Shown here: positions 25,689-39,583 of the stretch, piece by piece | Layout: the number at the start of each line of letters is the position of its first letter | Position numbering within the stretch: position 1 is the stretch's first letter | Origin: Octopus sinensis | Taxonomy: Eukaryota | Reading direction: 5' to 3' | Assembly (NCBI RefSeq): GCF_006345805.1 | Contig: NC_043003.1 | Location: 86,552,001-86,616,000 of the forward strand | DNA length: 64,000 nt | Position numbers and translations under genes: made by a program | Notes under the pieces: model-generated | The model's database searches: none | Told to the model about the DNA's origin: nothing | Seen by the model: only the letters and a program-made list of their open reading frames with translations

Positions 25689-26963
25689 GAGATAAAGGAA
25701 AGAGAAAGACTAAAAACATCTGCTGAGTAGTGGAAACGGAGTAAAAAGCTATAGTTACATATAAAAGAAAAAAGAGATGGACAAACACTCAAGCTTTCTC
25801 AAATACATTGTAGATTGCTTTCCTTCGGTCAATTAATTGTTAGCATTGGGACTGTGTTTCGCTCTTCTCCAAGTGTTTTTCTTTTACAATTATTTGCACA
25901 AGTTGACAATTGAAATGAAAACCTAGAAAAGAAAATATTTAAATCAGTATTATGTTGTATTGATCCAATAAGATGAGAACTTATTGTCAGAACACATGTA
26001 ATACATTATCTGAGTCCAGTCATCCGGCCGCACAGTGTATTTCACCAGACTGTAAGTAGTCGGTAAAAGCATATTTGTGATGCACTGTAATCGTATATAT
26101 AAAGTGAATTCGCGTATTCAAGATAATAGTTAACTATACGCCTCAATTCACTTACTAAGACAACCAGATACCATGCCAAATTGTCCCATCCGTATTTTAA
26201 AAAATATATTTAAAAAAACCTTTGAATCCCACCGCTACTGGGTGGTGCCAATAGCTAAAGATGAATTGCTAACTTGATTTACCTCATCTAAGTCGCCATC
26301 TTGCATAATTAACTTTTTAACGTCTAGAACAATCGACTAACAGACATGTATCAAGCTGTAGGTAAAATAATAACAGTGAAACCTTTGAATTTATTTTGAT
26401 TATTACCTCGTGCTACCTGATTATAATTCTGGGCCTTCATATATGAAGATGGGTCTATAAAAATAATTTACAATTCGGTCTTCTGTTTGAAAGCAGATCT
26501 AGCGAACCAGCGATTAGGAACTTATATACTATTCTTCTGAACTCAAAGAACATTGGTCCTTTATATATGCAGTTAAAAGTAATTTTCATTCGATGAAATA
26601 GCTTCGTTTTGCGCCAGGAAAAAAAGAAGCGTATCTCAATCGCAGCAAATTCCAATCCGAACGGACAAATAAATCTCAATAAACTCGAGGCATTTCTCAC
26701 TTCAGAAAACTCCACACGATAACAATGTGAAATATATAATGTACATGATCATGGAGAGGAGGATAATGTTAAATACTGTATTGTAATTTATTAGTTTTTA
26801 CGAGGGTCAGGTATTGTCAACCCGAAGAGAGCGGTGGTAAATAGGCAGAGTCGGTAGAGTGACAGACAAATTGTTTTGCGGCGTTACATCATCATGTTGT
26901 GAATTAAAATCCTGCCATGTTCAACTTTACCTGTCATCCCTTCATTAGAAATCAGTATAGTGG

Positions 26964-27171
26964 TTCCAAATTTTGGCACGAGGTTAGAAATTTCGGGGAA
27001 CGAGTGAAGTTGATTGCATCGATCCCAGTCTTCAAATGGAACTTACTTTATCGTGCCGCGAAAGATGAAAGGCAAAGCTGACCTCAGCGGAATTTGAACT
27101 CCGAGCACAAAGACGGACGCTGCCGCTAAGCATTTTGCCCGGCGTACTAACGATTCTGCCAGCTCGCCGCC
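26964..27171 (-). mobile_element. SINE family B, best-preserved full copy
   Basis: Reverse complement reads GGCGGCGAGCTGGCAGAATCGTTAG...GAGTTCAAATTCCGCTGAGGTCAGCTTTGCCTTTCATC...GTGCCAAAATTTGGAA. Confidence 0.85.
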
Positions 27172-28529
27172 TTGCTTAGGAATCAATATATTTAAGTTAA
27201 TGCGACTAACATAAATTAAAATCATTGGCTCATTCATTAAATGAAAGAATTTAAAAGCTTATTTCATTTTGCATATTTTCCTCTACATTTTCAATTATTC
27301 TTCACCTTTTTCTGGTTTAATACCGTATAGCGTCACAACAATGTGAGGTAATCCAACGTTGGAATAAATGCTGAAAGACTGTGTATCGTCGTAGGCGCAG
27401 CTCTGTACCCATGATAAAAAATACTTTTAATAATGTGATCGAACTAACTTATGATATGTCTTATATGATGGTAAAGCATTCCGGTTATGCAGCAAAATAG
27501 GTCAAGTTAACCTTAGGTTGATAATCGTTTCATCATCATCTTGTTATGTAGAGCTGAATTCCTGTGAATATACCCCGGAGAGCTAACTTGTGTGTCAATA
27601 CATGGAGCTTCGTTAGGTTTAAAGCCCAATCTCTTTTGTATTTCTATGAATTTTTTTAGAAGAGGATTTTTTCCTCAAGGGAAATTATGGCTTCCGACTG
27701 AAGAGATGGAATCCATAACTCAGTAGGCAGCAATGCTTTGGATTATTAAGTTAGCCTCAAATCAGAGCCCTTCTGAGATTTTGCAGCACAGTAGGCACCG
27801 TTAAAATCATTCAAGAAACAGTTGGTGGTGTGGTGATAAAGTAGACGATTGACATTTATCATATTTTAATCCAACCAATCATAAGAAGTTGAAGTAATTA
27901 AAAAAAAACAGATATAAAAAGTTTAGTGTCTTCGAAATTAAATGTCAAATAGATTTATGTCTATTGTATCGTATTTACTGAACTTAGCTTTAATGAGCGT
28001 ATGTGAAAATATTCAGGCGTAACATTGTATATGCAAATAAACAAGGACAAGTTTGTTTTGATTTCGTAAGCAATAATGAATGAAATAAACGAAATAAATG
28101 TCATATCTGCGATGTTATAGAATTTAGATATTTTCGTGAAAATATATTCGAGCTACTACAGTGGCGATGTTTATGTATTTCAATGCATTTATAGAATTTA
28201 GAAGTAAGTCAAGTAGTAGATATTTGGATCTTGAACACAAACGGATGAACTACATCCTCATGTCGGAATTTACGCTAAATGGATGAATGCTGTAAGACAC
28301 ATGTTATCCTGAAATATCCAAAAGTGTTTAATAGCACAATTCATTAACAATAATTGAAGTAGGAATTTTACAGCATCGTTAATATCACTTACAATACGTT
28401 GCGGTATTTGTTCCGGCAAACTGTGATAAAAATTTTATCTTGCGGCGTTCGAATATGTCTCGCAACCATAACATTTGCTCAAAATGAATCAGTGGAATAT
28501 CAGAGATGTTTACTCTTTCTTTTCCCTTC

Positions 28530-28541
28530 TCTTTCTATGTT

Positions 28542-28596
<55 letters not shown>

Positions 28597-28645
28597 CTAT
28601 CTCTCTCTCCATCTCTCTCTCTCTCTCTCTCTTATTTTCTTTCTC
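28530..28645. repeat. (CT)n microsatellite
   Basis: Read directly. Confidence 0.9.
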
Positions 28646-28944
28646 TATCAATGTTTGCCCCATTTAAGTGTCTAAGAAAAGAAATGTTCACACCGCAGCA
28701 CCACCAATCGTTACCTCTCTGTTCTGCAAAGTCAGTGAGAAAGAACAACAATCTTATTTAGATATGATGTCATTTTTATTTAATATAAACCCATAAAAAA
28801 TGTTGGTTGGTTGGTTAATTTCTCTATCTTATAAAGAGAGAAGGAAAGAGAGTAACAGATAGATACAGAGAAAATTAATGTAAGAGCATATTAATGCATA
28901 TACAAAGCTTCGTAGCAGGCATCGAATAGACGAACGCTACACAT

Positions 28945-29165
<221 letters not shown>

Positions 29166-30249
29166 TTTAATTTTTAGTTTATGTTTACCTTTTGAGTATG
29201 TTCCATTTAATTGTATTTTAAAGTAATAAATATTTTTTGATTTGAGAATTTGTATTCATTTCATCATTTTGTATGAGCATCAAGAAATTTAATAAAAGAA
29301 ATTTAATAAAACATGGCTGCCATATTTTCCTGTGGCAAAAGTATACTTCCCAAGTAAACCGTCATATGATGAGTAACACTCTATTGTTTAGTAATGTAGA
29401 AGCTTGATTATTTGAATAAAATTCAGGATATTTTCGAAACATATGTTATTAACTTTAAAACAAGTGACAAAATGTAATTCTGTAGCACAATTTAGATATA
29501 ACTCAATCTGCTTCTCATTGAATTAACGTCTCCCGAATAGCATGAGATACATGCAAAATATCCATCAAACCACACATTAACAAGAACGAGATAATTAGAT
29601 AACATAGCCTTAGGTGCAACATGGTCACCATGAACTGCCCTGGAACTCTGATCTAGCTTTAGTAAATGATCGCAGTGGGAAGATAACATAACCATATCTT
29701 ACTTTGGGGACAATGAAGTGAGATTACCTCTAACTAATAATTAAAAATATGTCAGGAACTCACTGAGATTCTAGCTCTACAATACTCGGCATACGTAAGC
29801 GAAATGCAGATACTGATCTCATTTGACGCAGCACGGAAACAATTATTGAAGATTATATGGTTAAGTGAATTAACCTCAGTTTATAATTGATTTATATTTG
29901 TCATTTTTGTCCCTTGCTTGCACATTTACTCACCATACAGACATAAATGAAGTACTCGTACTGAGAGGCTGATAGTGAAACGTATAAGTACTAAGCTTAT
30001 TTACGTATCAATCCAAATCTCAAGCTCTTTCATACAAAAGTTAATTTTGTGGGGAAAAAAGTTGAGTACAGACTCAAACTATAACTGATAGTTATTTTAT
30101 GGGCAGACGTGGATATAAGTAAAATTGAATCTACAGTAATCCCTGGACTATCGCGTGTGTTACGTTCCAAAACACCTCGTGATAGATTTTTCACGAAGTA
30201 GAAACAGTACTGTACTGTATATATTGTTTCATTGTTATAATTTTCATAT

Positions 30250-30415
30250 AGGAGTGGCTGTGTGGTAAGTAGCTTGCTAACCAACCACATGGTTCCGGGT
30301 TCAGTCCCACTGCGTGGCATCTTGGGCAAGTGTCTTCTGCTATAGCCCCGGGCCGACCAATGCCTTGTGAGTGGATTTGGTAGACGGAAACTGAAAGAAG
30401 CCTGTCGTATATATG

Positions 30416-30448
<33 letters not shown>

Positions 30449-30636
30449 TTGTCCCCCTAGCATTGCTTGACAACCGATGCTGGTGTGTTTACGTCCCTGT
30501 CACTTAGCAGTTCGGCAAAAAGAGACCGATAGAATAAGTACTGGGCTTACAAAGAATAAGTCCCGGGGTCGATTTGCTCGACTAAAGGTGGTGCTCCAGC
30601 ATGGCCGCAGTCAAATGACTGAAACAAATAAAGAGA
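30250..30636 (+). mobile_element. SINE family A, full length
   Basis: AGGAGTGGCTGTGTGGTAAG (A-box), GGTTCAGTCCC (B-box), conserved core and GACTGAAACAAATAAAG tail. Confidence 0.92.
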
Positions 30637-30911
30637 GAATATCTATTTCATTATAAATGCAAAACAACATCACAGAGGAATCGCCGTAAGCTTCAATAAT
30701 AAACTGCAATAGGTGAACCGCGATATGGCGAGGGATCACTGTACTGGAGTTTTAAACCATAAAAGTACCGCAAAAGATAAAATGGAGCATTAAGACCTGA
30801 GAAACAGTTTGCCAAATGTAAGAAACAAAATGTACGTAAGTATGTAAATGTGTCTATTTATGTGTGCCAGTTATGCATGAATGTATGTTCTTAATTCTCG
30901 AATAATTCGAG

Positions 30912-30935
<24 letters not shown>

Positions 30936-30943
<8 letters not shown>

Positions 30944-31176
30944 AAAGGGCTTAGTAAAATAAATTACTTTGCCGCATACTGAACTCATTAGAAATAGCAG
31001 CTAAAAAATTTTTTTAAAAAACTATTTCTAATACTTAAAGAAAATCTCTCTCATATATATGAGAGAGATTTTCTTTAAGTACTAGAAATAGTTTTTAAAA
31101 AAATTTTTTAGCTGCTATTTCTAATGAGTTCAGTATGCGGCAAAGTAATTTATTTTACTAAGCCCTTTTATATAAT
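30936..31176. repeat. 241-bp near-perfect palindrome with no spacer
   Basis: Centre TCATAT|ATATGA at 31056/31057; only 1 mismatch and one 1-nt indel between the arms. Confidence 0.95.
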
Positions 31177-31521
31177 GTATAATTTGAATTCGCCTTGAAT
31201 GGTCCCTTTGCATACGAACTTGGTGAAATTGATTAATAATTAATTAATTTTGCCCTCAATTGTTGAAATATATATATATATATATATATATGGGCTCAGC
31301 TCTCCTCCCCTCTTCATCTCACCCTCCTCCTCTCTCCTTTCTTCCTCTCACACCTACTTCATCCCACTCACCCCTCCTCTCTTGCTCTGGCACCCACTTC
31401 CTCTCTTCACTCCTAACAACCTTCTCCCTTCCACTTTCTCGCTTCCCAAGCGTTAAACTAATACATCTGTTTGGTGTTTCCTCACCCGTCTTCGTCTTTT
31501 GTTTTTTGCAAATTCTCACTA

Positions 31522-31592
<71 letters not shown>

Positions 31593-31600
31593 CGCTAAAT

Positions 31601-31930
31601 CATAGGCTCTCAAAGTGGGTGCTACCGCCCCCAACTCGATGGGAGGTTGAGACGGTGGGCGCTGGTGCCTGAGGGGTGGTGAGGGGGTGTAGAGAAAAAG
31701 GAAATGTTGGGAGGAAGGCAGTGAATTGGGGGACGCTATGAACTTATTATAGTAGTATTATAGTATTGTATACAAATTATATAATACCATATGAAATATC
31801 AAATGATACACATTATATATAAATTAGTAAAATATATTATAATTATTTATACATAAAAATAGGGGGGGAGCGCTAAGGGTATTATGCGGCCATGAGCGGG
31901 GTGGTGGCCCAAAAAGTTTGAGAACCTCTA
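31601..31930. mobile_element. hAT-type MITE, 330 bp
   Basis: 8-bp TSD CGCTAAAT at 31593-31600 and 31931-31938; TIRs CATAGGCTCTCAAA / TTTGAGAACCTCTA. Confidence 0.8.
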
Positions 31931-33635
31931 CGCTAAATAATTAGTTTTATCCGACTCCTGATTACCTTTTTTTCCTGATATATAAAATTTGAACATCACT
32001 TCAAACAATGTATGCATATATACTGCGTGTGTGTGTGTGTGTTCATGTGTGTGCGCGCGCATATAGAAATGCATATGTATGTGTGTATACACATATATAT
32101 ATATATTATATGGACTAGCAGAAAAACTTCCCTCGGGTTGGATTTCTGCTAGTCGCTGGATAATATTTTCACGTTTGATATCCAGTTCTAATAATCTTTA
32201 TGATATTTTACGTCTAATTATTTCTTTGTATAATAGTCCTCACTTTCTTAGTAAATATTGCCTTCATTATTTTACCAGTCATAACCTCTCTTTTTTTAAA
32301 CAAACATAAAGATAGTCCAACTATGGAGGGGGAGAAATTTCTCAAGTTTTACCTCCCCCTCAAAGCAACATAGATATTCCACTTCAACAGCCCATCAGTA
32401 AGCTTTGCAGTGTGTGAGTGTGGGAGAGAAAGGATTGAGAGAACATCGCAAACAGTGATTGAAATAAACATGAAATGATAAATTGTATAAATAAAAGACC
32501 ATAACTACAGATGTATACGCCCCCGGCTGTGTTGCCTCATAACATCGAGAAAAACAGATACTTTTAAACGAAATTTTCTACAAATACCGCCTAGATATTG
32601 TGGCTTCAAAGTATTTAGGGACTTATGGGAAAGAATTTTTTCCGAGGAGATGGAGAGAAGTGTTTGGGAAAATTCACACGATCCGACTTTTTCCCTCGTG
32701 ACTTCTAGGAAAATGTATATCTTTTAATGAAACTTTATACAAATACCTTTCAAATAGCATAGATTACGATTATAAAGAAATTTGTGGGGAAAATTTTTCC
32801 GAGGGAGTGGGGAGGCTAGTTTCGGTAAAACGGAGTTTCGGATCAAGAAGACCAAATAAGTTAGAACTACTCAGTTTTGACGGGGATTTTTCCAATTTTT
32901 TTTAACCACCACCTTCGAAATGATGGGTGGGGTGGAGATCCTCTTTGTATGAAAAAATCCTTCAGAAAATTTTTTTACAAACTTTCTCCTCCCTCATCAT
33001 CCCACTCCGGACCTATTTTGGCTAATTTTTGTTGCACTTCAAAGCCATAAGAGGAGCCTTTTCGGTAAAAAAAAAATTGATAATACTTTCAGAGGGAAAA
33101 GTAATTTAAGTGAAGTTTGGCTGATGTTTCTAGCACACCTGAAGACAACCCACCACGCTTCTTTATCACTGTCGCATGTATTGATGTTTTTCGATATTCT
33201 ACTCCCCATAAATAATACATTTACATGGTAACCAAAAGAAAATTTTTTAATTATGAATTTTTTGCAACCCCACTCTCTGCCCCCGGTTGCTTTTGTTTAT
33301 AAATTAAAATATTGGGGAGCCTGAGAAGGTCATTACTGGTATTTATACACAGTGATTTAAAGAAAGAGTTACATAAACGATAATTTATTTTAATAACATA
33401 CTCTTGTGCTAGAAAATATTTTTTTCTTACACACATACACACAGTTGCACTTGAGTGAGGTGTGGGTAAAAATTTAGATTACAATTTTTTTCTTTGCTTA
33501 TATTCCATAAATGGACCAAGCGTCTATTACTTCAGCATTCTCCTCCTATAAAATGTGTTTAATGGGAGAAAAATATTGAAAAAACATCAATACATATGAG
33601 AGTGAAAGCGGGGGGTGGTTTGGGTTGTGCTAGAA

Positions 33636-34075
33636 ACAACAGCCAAACCTCCCTTGAATTGTTCCTTTTTCCCTCTGAAAATATTTACTTTTTTTTTACC
33701 GAGAGGCTCCCATTGTTTTCAATTTTTTTTTTTAATGGCCAAAATCAGTCCGGATATTTATTATTGTAAGGTTTATAGCGTTTCAAACAGCCATAACAAC
33801 AAAATCATTCTTAATTTTTTATTTTACAAAAACTATACTGGTATATTAAAAAACAGCCAAACCTGCCTTGAATTGTTCACCTTTTTCTCTGAAGATATTT
33901 ACAATTTCTTCTTTTCTACCAAAAAAGGCTCCTCTCATGGTTTTTAAGTTTTAAAAAATGGCCAAAATCAGTATGGATATTTATTATTGTAAGGTTTATA
34001 GCGCTCCAAACAGCCATAACAACAAAATCACTTCTTTATTACTTTTACAAAAATTATACCGGTATATTGAAAAAT
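33636..34075. repeat. Two tandem diverged units of about 215 bp inside an unclassified repeat
   Basis: AAACAGCCAAACCT..CCTTGAATTGTTC and ATGGCCAAAATCAG..GGATATTTATTATTGTAAGGTTTATAGCG each occur twice. Confidence 0.85.
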
Positions 34076-34499
34076 TATTGAATAAATAATGTTTTTACAT
34101 TACGTATATAGAATAAACTCGGTTTTCTAAATAGCTAATTAAAACTTGAAATGAAAACATTGAAATAAAGTGTGAGATTTTTTACAATTGAAAACGGAAA
34201 ACTCCGCAGTGAGTGCAACGAATATTTAAATTTGTAAAAAATTGGAGTTAAAAAATTCGATAAAGTTCGGAAATCGAAATTTTAGAAAATTACTTGGAAC
34301 ATGAATTTATAAGAAAAATTCCAAACATGAAACCTTTTATTGCTGTCTTTTAGTTCTTTTAGTAACTGCTACATAATATTTTATAAGCAGCTTTCTCCAT
34401 TATAATATAGATACATATAATGACTCACAAGTCGGTTTTGAAGTATAGTCTTCCAGATGTTTGATGAAATAGCCTATCTGCTCTTTGAAATAGCATGCT

Positions 34500-34770
34500 A
34501 AGCGGCAGAGTATTCCACAGAAATGAATATCCTTAACGTAATTGTCAGGTAGATACAGTGACATCATTGAGACACAGTGATGTCAGTGTGACACAATATG
34601 ACAAAACTGGAATTTTGAATTACAGGTAAAGTTCATACGACAGGCCTCTACACAGTTTCTGTTCGATTAAATGCACTTCCACAGCTTTACCCACAATTAC
34701 ACGAAGGGGATCGAACCGAGAGCATCATGATTACGACGGGTAACTCTTAACAACCCAGCCATGTCTGCAT
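34500..34770 (-). mobile_element. Degenerate SINE family C
   Basis: ATATCCTTAACGTAATTGTCAGG, GGGATCGAACC and CTTAACAACCCAGCCA resemble 55571-55958. Confidence 0.45.
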
Positions 34771-35654
34771 CCACATTGGTGAATATGCATATATACATAT
34801 ACACGCACGCACATTCACATGCACACACGTGTACATGTACATACACGTGCGCGCGCATACATATAGTATTACTTTTATTAGCAGTTATATTTGCGGCAGG
34901 CGAATCGTGAGTTTAGAGCTCCGCGTAGAACATCATCAAACTCTCTATCACCAGTAAAGTGGTGTAGTTACGACGGTACTGAACGGAAGTTCCTTTTAAG
35001 ATATACAGAGCAAATATAAGCACAAGAACTAGTTTATATAATTTTTACCCTGCGTACATTTCCCTGTTGTTGTAATTTTACTTTGACACGACGTCATCTT
35101 TGTATAATAATAGCCAATATTAGTTGGTTCGTTAACTTTTTTTCATTCTTATAAAAGATAGGAGGAGAGAAAGTAAAAGACAGATACAGGGAGGAGTAAG
35201 TAAGAGATGCAGAATGAATGCACATAGTAGGCTTTGTGACAAGCATTGAATAAACAAATGCCACACAGACATAGAGAGGGAGAGACGAAGAATTCTGTTT
35301 TCGAATTTTGCTTTATTTCATCATATTTTAAAGCAGTAAATAATTTTCTTTTGAGAAATTGAGTTTATTTGCAATCGCTGCAGTGGATGTTTCTCTTTGC
35401 TTTTCATATCTCTCCTTCGTATAATCTCTGTTTATTTCCTTTTCAACATGCTTATAAGATCTCTTGCCATCTGTCCGATTTCAAGCATTTAATCTATGTA
35501 AATTAACTCAATAAAGTGTTCCCTTGAAGAACTGTTGTGGTTCAACATCTAATTGTACCAAATGCAGAAGATGCAAAAAAAAAAAAAATAGTGGTGAAAC
35601 ACACGGGGGAAATAAATGATATAAATTGCATGTTGTGTTTATCATTCATTTTCA

Positions 35655-35804
35655 TACACACATGCACACACGCATGCACGCACGCACACACACACACATA
35701 CACACACGCACGCACACACACACACACGCACGCATACACACATAGCACGCACACACACACGCACGCACACACACACGCACGCACATACACACAAATCGGA
35801 ATAT

Positions 35805-35896
<92 letters not shown>

Positions 35897-35900
35897 GTGT
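35655..35900. repeat. (CA/CACG)n and (AGAT)n microsatellites
   Basis: Read directly. Confidence 0.9.
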
Positions 35901-36587
35901 ATACACATTCACACACATATTGTCTACGTGCGTGTAACAGATTGTGAATACATACTTACATTCATAGATATGCAAGGAGGTAAAAGAAAATACAGGAGGA
36001 TCAGTTAATTACAATTTTATTCAACATGTTCTTCTCTCAAATTCACACTCTTATGACGGTGGTCCTTCACTTATGGCGGTTTTTCTTAGCCTTGTTAAAG
36101 AACTCGGAAGGTTGGGCCTCCAACTAGGTCTTTCGCAATACGCTTAAAGCCAGGAACTTTTCAGCACTCTCTCATATATGTGTGGTGTGATCTGGTGTGC
36201 TGTCATGATGTGTGTATGTGTGTGCGTGTGCATGAGTGTGTGTGTGTATGTGTGTGTGTGCGTGTGTTAGCTTATGGGGCAATAGATCTCTGATACAGCT
36301 TCCACTCACAAGATGCTTTTCGTGTCAATGATGTGGAGCAAGGCATTTACGAAGGTGTTGAGCATTGGGTTCGAAATAGCTTTTTGAAGATACGCACTAT
36401 ATCACAATGTAATCCCATACTACAACAGAGAACTGGTAATATCCCTAGAGTGTCCAATCAAATGCCTTAATCCCCTGAGCCGAAATCCCATTGAAGTCAG
36501 TATGATTTTGTCATTCGTTTAACGTTGATAAATTATTCAGTAGAATAATCGATCATATTTCTCCCCAGAGCGTATCTATGTAAATAA

Positions 36588-36798
36588 ACATTTCAGTTAT
36601 GGCAATCACTGCTATATACACTAATATACTATGTGTGTGGGGGGGGGGGCAAGTATGGTTGACAAGTTCAAGGGAACATGGACAGGCCACGGAAGAAACA
36701 AAATCTATTCCGTTAGATTCACGTTCGCGGATTAAACTTGTATAAATACACCAGCACAAGCACAGATCTGCATGCATACGCACAGATCTGCATGCATA

Positions 36799-36845
<47 letters not shown>

Positions 36846-36852
36846 GATGTAT

Positions 36853-36891
<39 letters not shown>

Positions 36892-37134
36892 CATACTCAC
36901 ACACGCATACTTATATATATATGTGTATTAATGTGTGTGCGTATGCATGCAGATCTGTGCTTGTGCTGGTGTATTTATACAAGTTTAATCCGCGAACGTG
37001 AATCTAACGGAATAGATTTTGTTTCTTCCGTGGCCTGTCCATGTTCCCTTGAACTTGTCAACCATACTTACCCCCCCCCACACACACACACACATAGTAT
37101 ATTAGTGTATATAGCAGTGATTGCCATAACTGAA

Positions 37135-37138
<4 letters not shown>
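36588..37138. repeat. Near-identical inverted duplication of about 200 bp around a microsatellite spacer
   Basis: About 36588-36790 is the reverse complement of about 36936-37138 (GGAACATGGACAGGCCACGGAAGAAACAAAATCTATTCCGTTAGATTCACGTTCGCGG). Confidence 0.92.
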
Positions 37139-37223
<85 letters not shown>

Positions 37224-37344
37224 TAAATACATACATATAAATTTGACATGGGCGGTTCTTTCTTGTCTTGGATTCACGGTCAAACAGCTGGGTGGAAATC
37301 CGCGTAAAATTACACAGATGTGTAAAATGATCCAGTGGTGATGC

Positions 37345-37555
37345 TGGGCTTTGTATTTTTCATAGGTTGAATGGTTACCGAGATAATCTACTATAAAATA
37401 CTCTTGTGTTTATGACTGAGAAAGGAAGGGGTGATAGATGAATAAGGAAGGCAGGGCTGTTGTCATATTTTTTCATAGCTCCCAATTGTTACCGAGATAA
37501 TCTACTATAATAATACACTTGTTTTATTGAAATAGAAAGAACGGGTGATGTCATA
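37345..37555. repeat. Two diverged tandem units of about 108 bp
   Basis: TTTTTCATAG...GTTACCGAGATAATCTACTATAA...GGGTGAT occurs twice. Confidence 0.75.
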
Positions 37556-37920
37556 CTTGGTAGTGGGATGATGAAAATTGTAAGCTGATAAAATAAATCA
37601 AACAGCGTTTCAACTCTGTGTGAGTATATGTGTGTATATAAAAGGGGGTATATAAATGTGTGTGTGTGTGTATTTGTGCGTGCGTGTGCGCGCAATGGAA
37701 GTGGGATGGTTCATCGTTGTTCGCTTAGTATTTGAGTTTATTTTGGTTGGTTTGTATTTTGTTGGTCAATTACTTTTAGCGTTTTGACAGAAAAAATTCA
37801 TTCTTAAATTGTTTATTAACGTAAGCGTGCCCAAACAAGTCGAATGCTTACACAGAACAGGTTTTACAGCCACATCATCCAAACTGACCAGGAGAAACCG
37901 GGCTTAGCTGCTAGTATCTG

Positions 37921-37998
<78 letters not shown>

Positions 37999-39549
37999 GC
38001 GTGTATGTATGTCTGTCTGTGTGAGAGAGAGGGGAAGGTGAAAAACCATAGAGTCAAATCGATAGGTAATTATATAAAGCACATAACTGTGTAGGCATAA
38101 TATGGGTGCGTATGTGAGTGTGTCCTTGCTTTCACTACTGTGTGAATACAGTTCGAAGGATAACTATTAAATGCTATTATCTTTAAAATAATTAATTATT
38201 GTATTGTCATTAATTATTGTAAGTTCAGCGCTCTGTATGATTTAAAACATGTTTAAAGAGGCCGAACAATTATTTCAGTTATCAAAATATCAAGTGGAAA
38301 ATTTTTGTCTTTAACCCTTATCGATTCCACTCGGTTCTGTGGTTTCCGAAACTTGCAATAGGAAAACTATTGATTCGAAATAATCATGCAGAATTAAATT
38401 AAATCGTTATAGAAATGAAATTTATTCTCCAGGGTGCATATAATATTATTCGAATTAAAATGTATTTCGTTGCAACAATTAGACAATATTGATTTTTGAT
38501 CAATAACATTGATGGGTGATTTCGAAATTTTGTTGTTATCGTTTTTGTTTGTGTTGTTGTTGATGTTGCAGCTGTTTCGGCTTGGTATTCAGTATGGTAC
38601 CATTCATGCTGAGTAAGATTGTTAAGTTTAAAGGATTTCTAAAGCTAGCTTCCTGCATGCTCCTTCCATTGAAACGCTTTAAATAATATGAACGAGCATG
38701 TGTGCACATCTGCATGCGTGTGTATGTGTATAAGAGTGGTGTGTGTCTGTGTGTGTGTAATGGTAGTGCGTAAGGGTAGTGTGCATGGCAGTACATCAGA
38801 ACGAACTATGATAAAGAAACACTAATTATAAGAAAATCTCTTTTATACAACGGGGAGCGCAATTCGAAATGTTAAGATTTCTCTTCTTCCTCCAGGCATA
38901 TAATGTATACCATAGTTAGAATAGAATGTATAAGAATACGTTCTTTAACACTCTGAGTTAAAGCACCCTCTACTTCGTATTTGCATTTCATGTTATCGGG
39001 CTCAGTAAAATATTTACTCGATTCATAGTGTCCTGTTTGATCGACTGAACGTGTTAGAATAAAGAAATTACATGTAGTTGTAGTAGTAATTTTGCTAAAA
39101 GTAGCACACAATACAATCTCTTTTCAAACCAATGTTACATCCGTAGCCATCTTCATCCCAGGAACTGAACAAAGAATCTTATAGCTGATTGTATACTTCT
39201 TTTTGTAATGGAGTATGGAGTGAACTGAGATGATTAGGCTGCTATTTTGGTATGTCAAGTGCACGCGCAAAAGCTTCAACGTGAACTTGTCCGTATATTG
39301 CGTATGTGGTAGAAATAATGATATGCGGTGTCGAGCAATTTGTGACATTTAGTTACATCGTATTTTGTCTTAAATCTCACCGATTCCAATTTCGCCTTTT
39401 CCCGACCCCCAATTTTAAGTTCTCTACAATATATATCAGACAAATATTGGTGATGATACTGTCGGGTGTGTCCTCCCTAAATATTTTGGTCCTTTAAAAG
39501 TAATATCAAGAGTTGCTGCCTTTGTACAGAATTACAAAAAGCACCATGA

Positions 39550-39582
<33 letters not shown>

Positions 39583-39583
<1 letters not shown>

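Noticed and set aside
36010-36170. Possible mariner C-terminal remnant on the minus strand
   Set aside because: Similarity is too weak to support without an alignment
38872-39111. 79-aa protein-looking minus-strand ORF
   Set aside because: The DNA aligns by eye with a degenerate SINE family B body
39124-39348. 74-aa minus-strand ORF in apparently unique sequence
   Set aside because: No recognisable motif and no good splice acceptor; the length is compatible with chance
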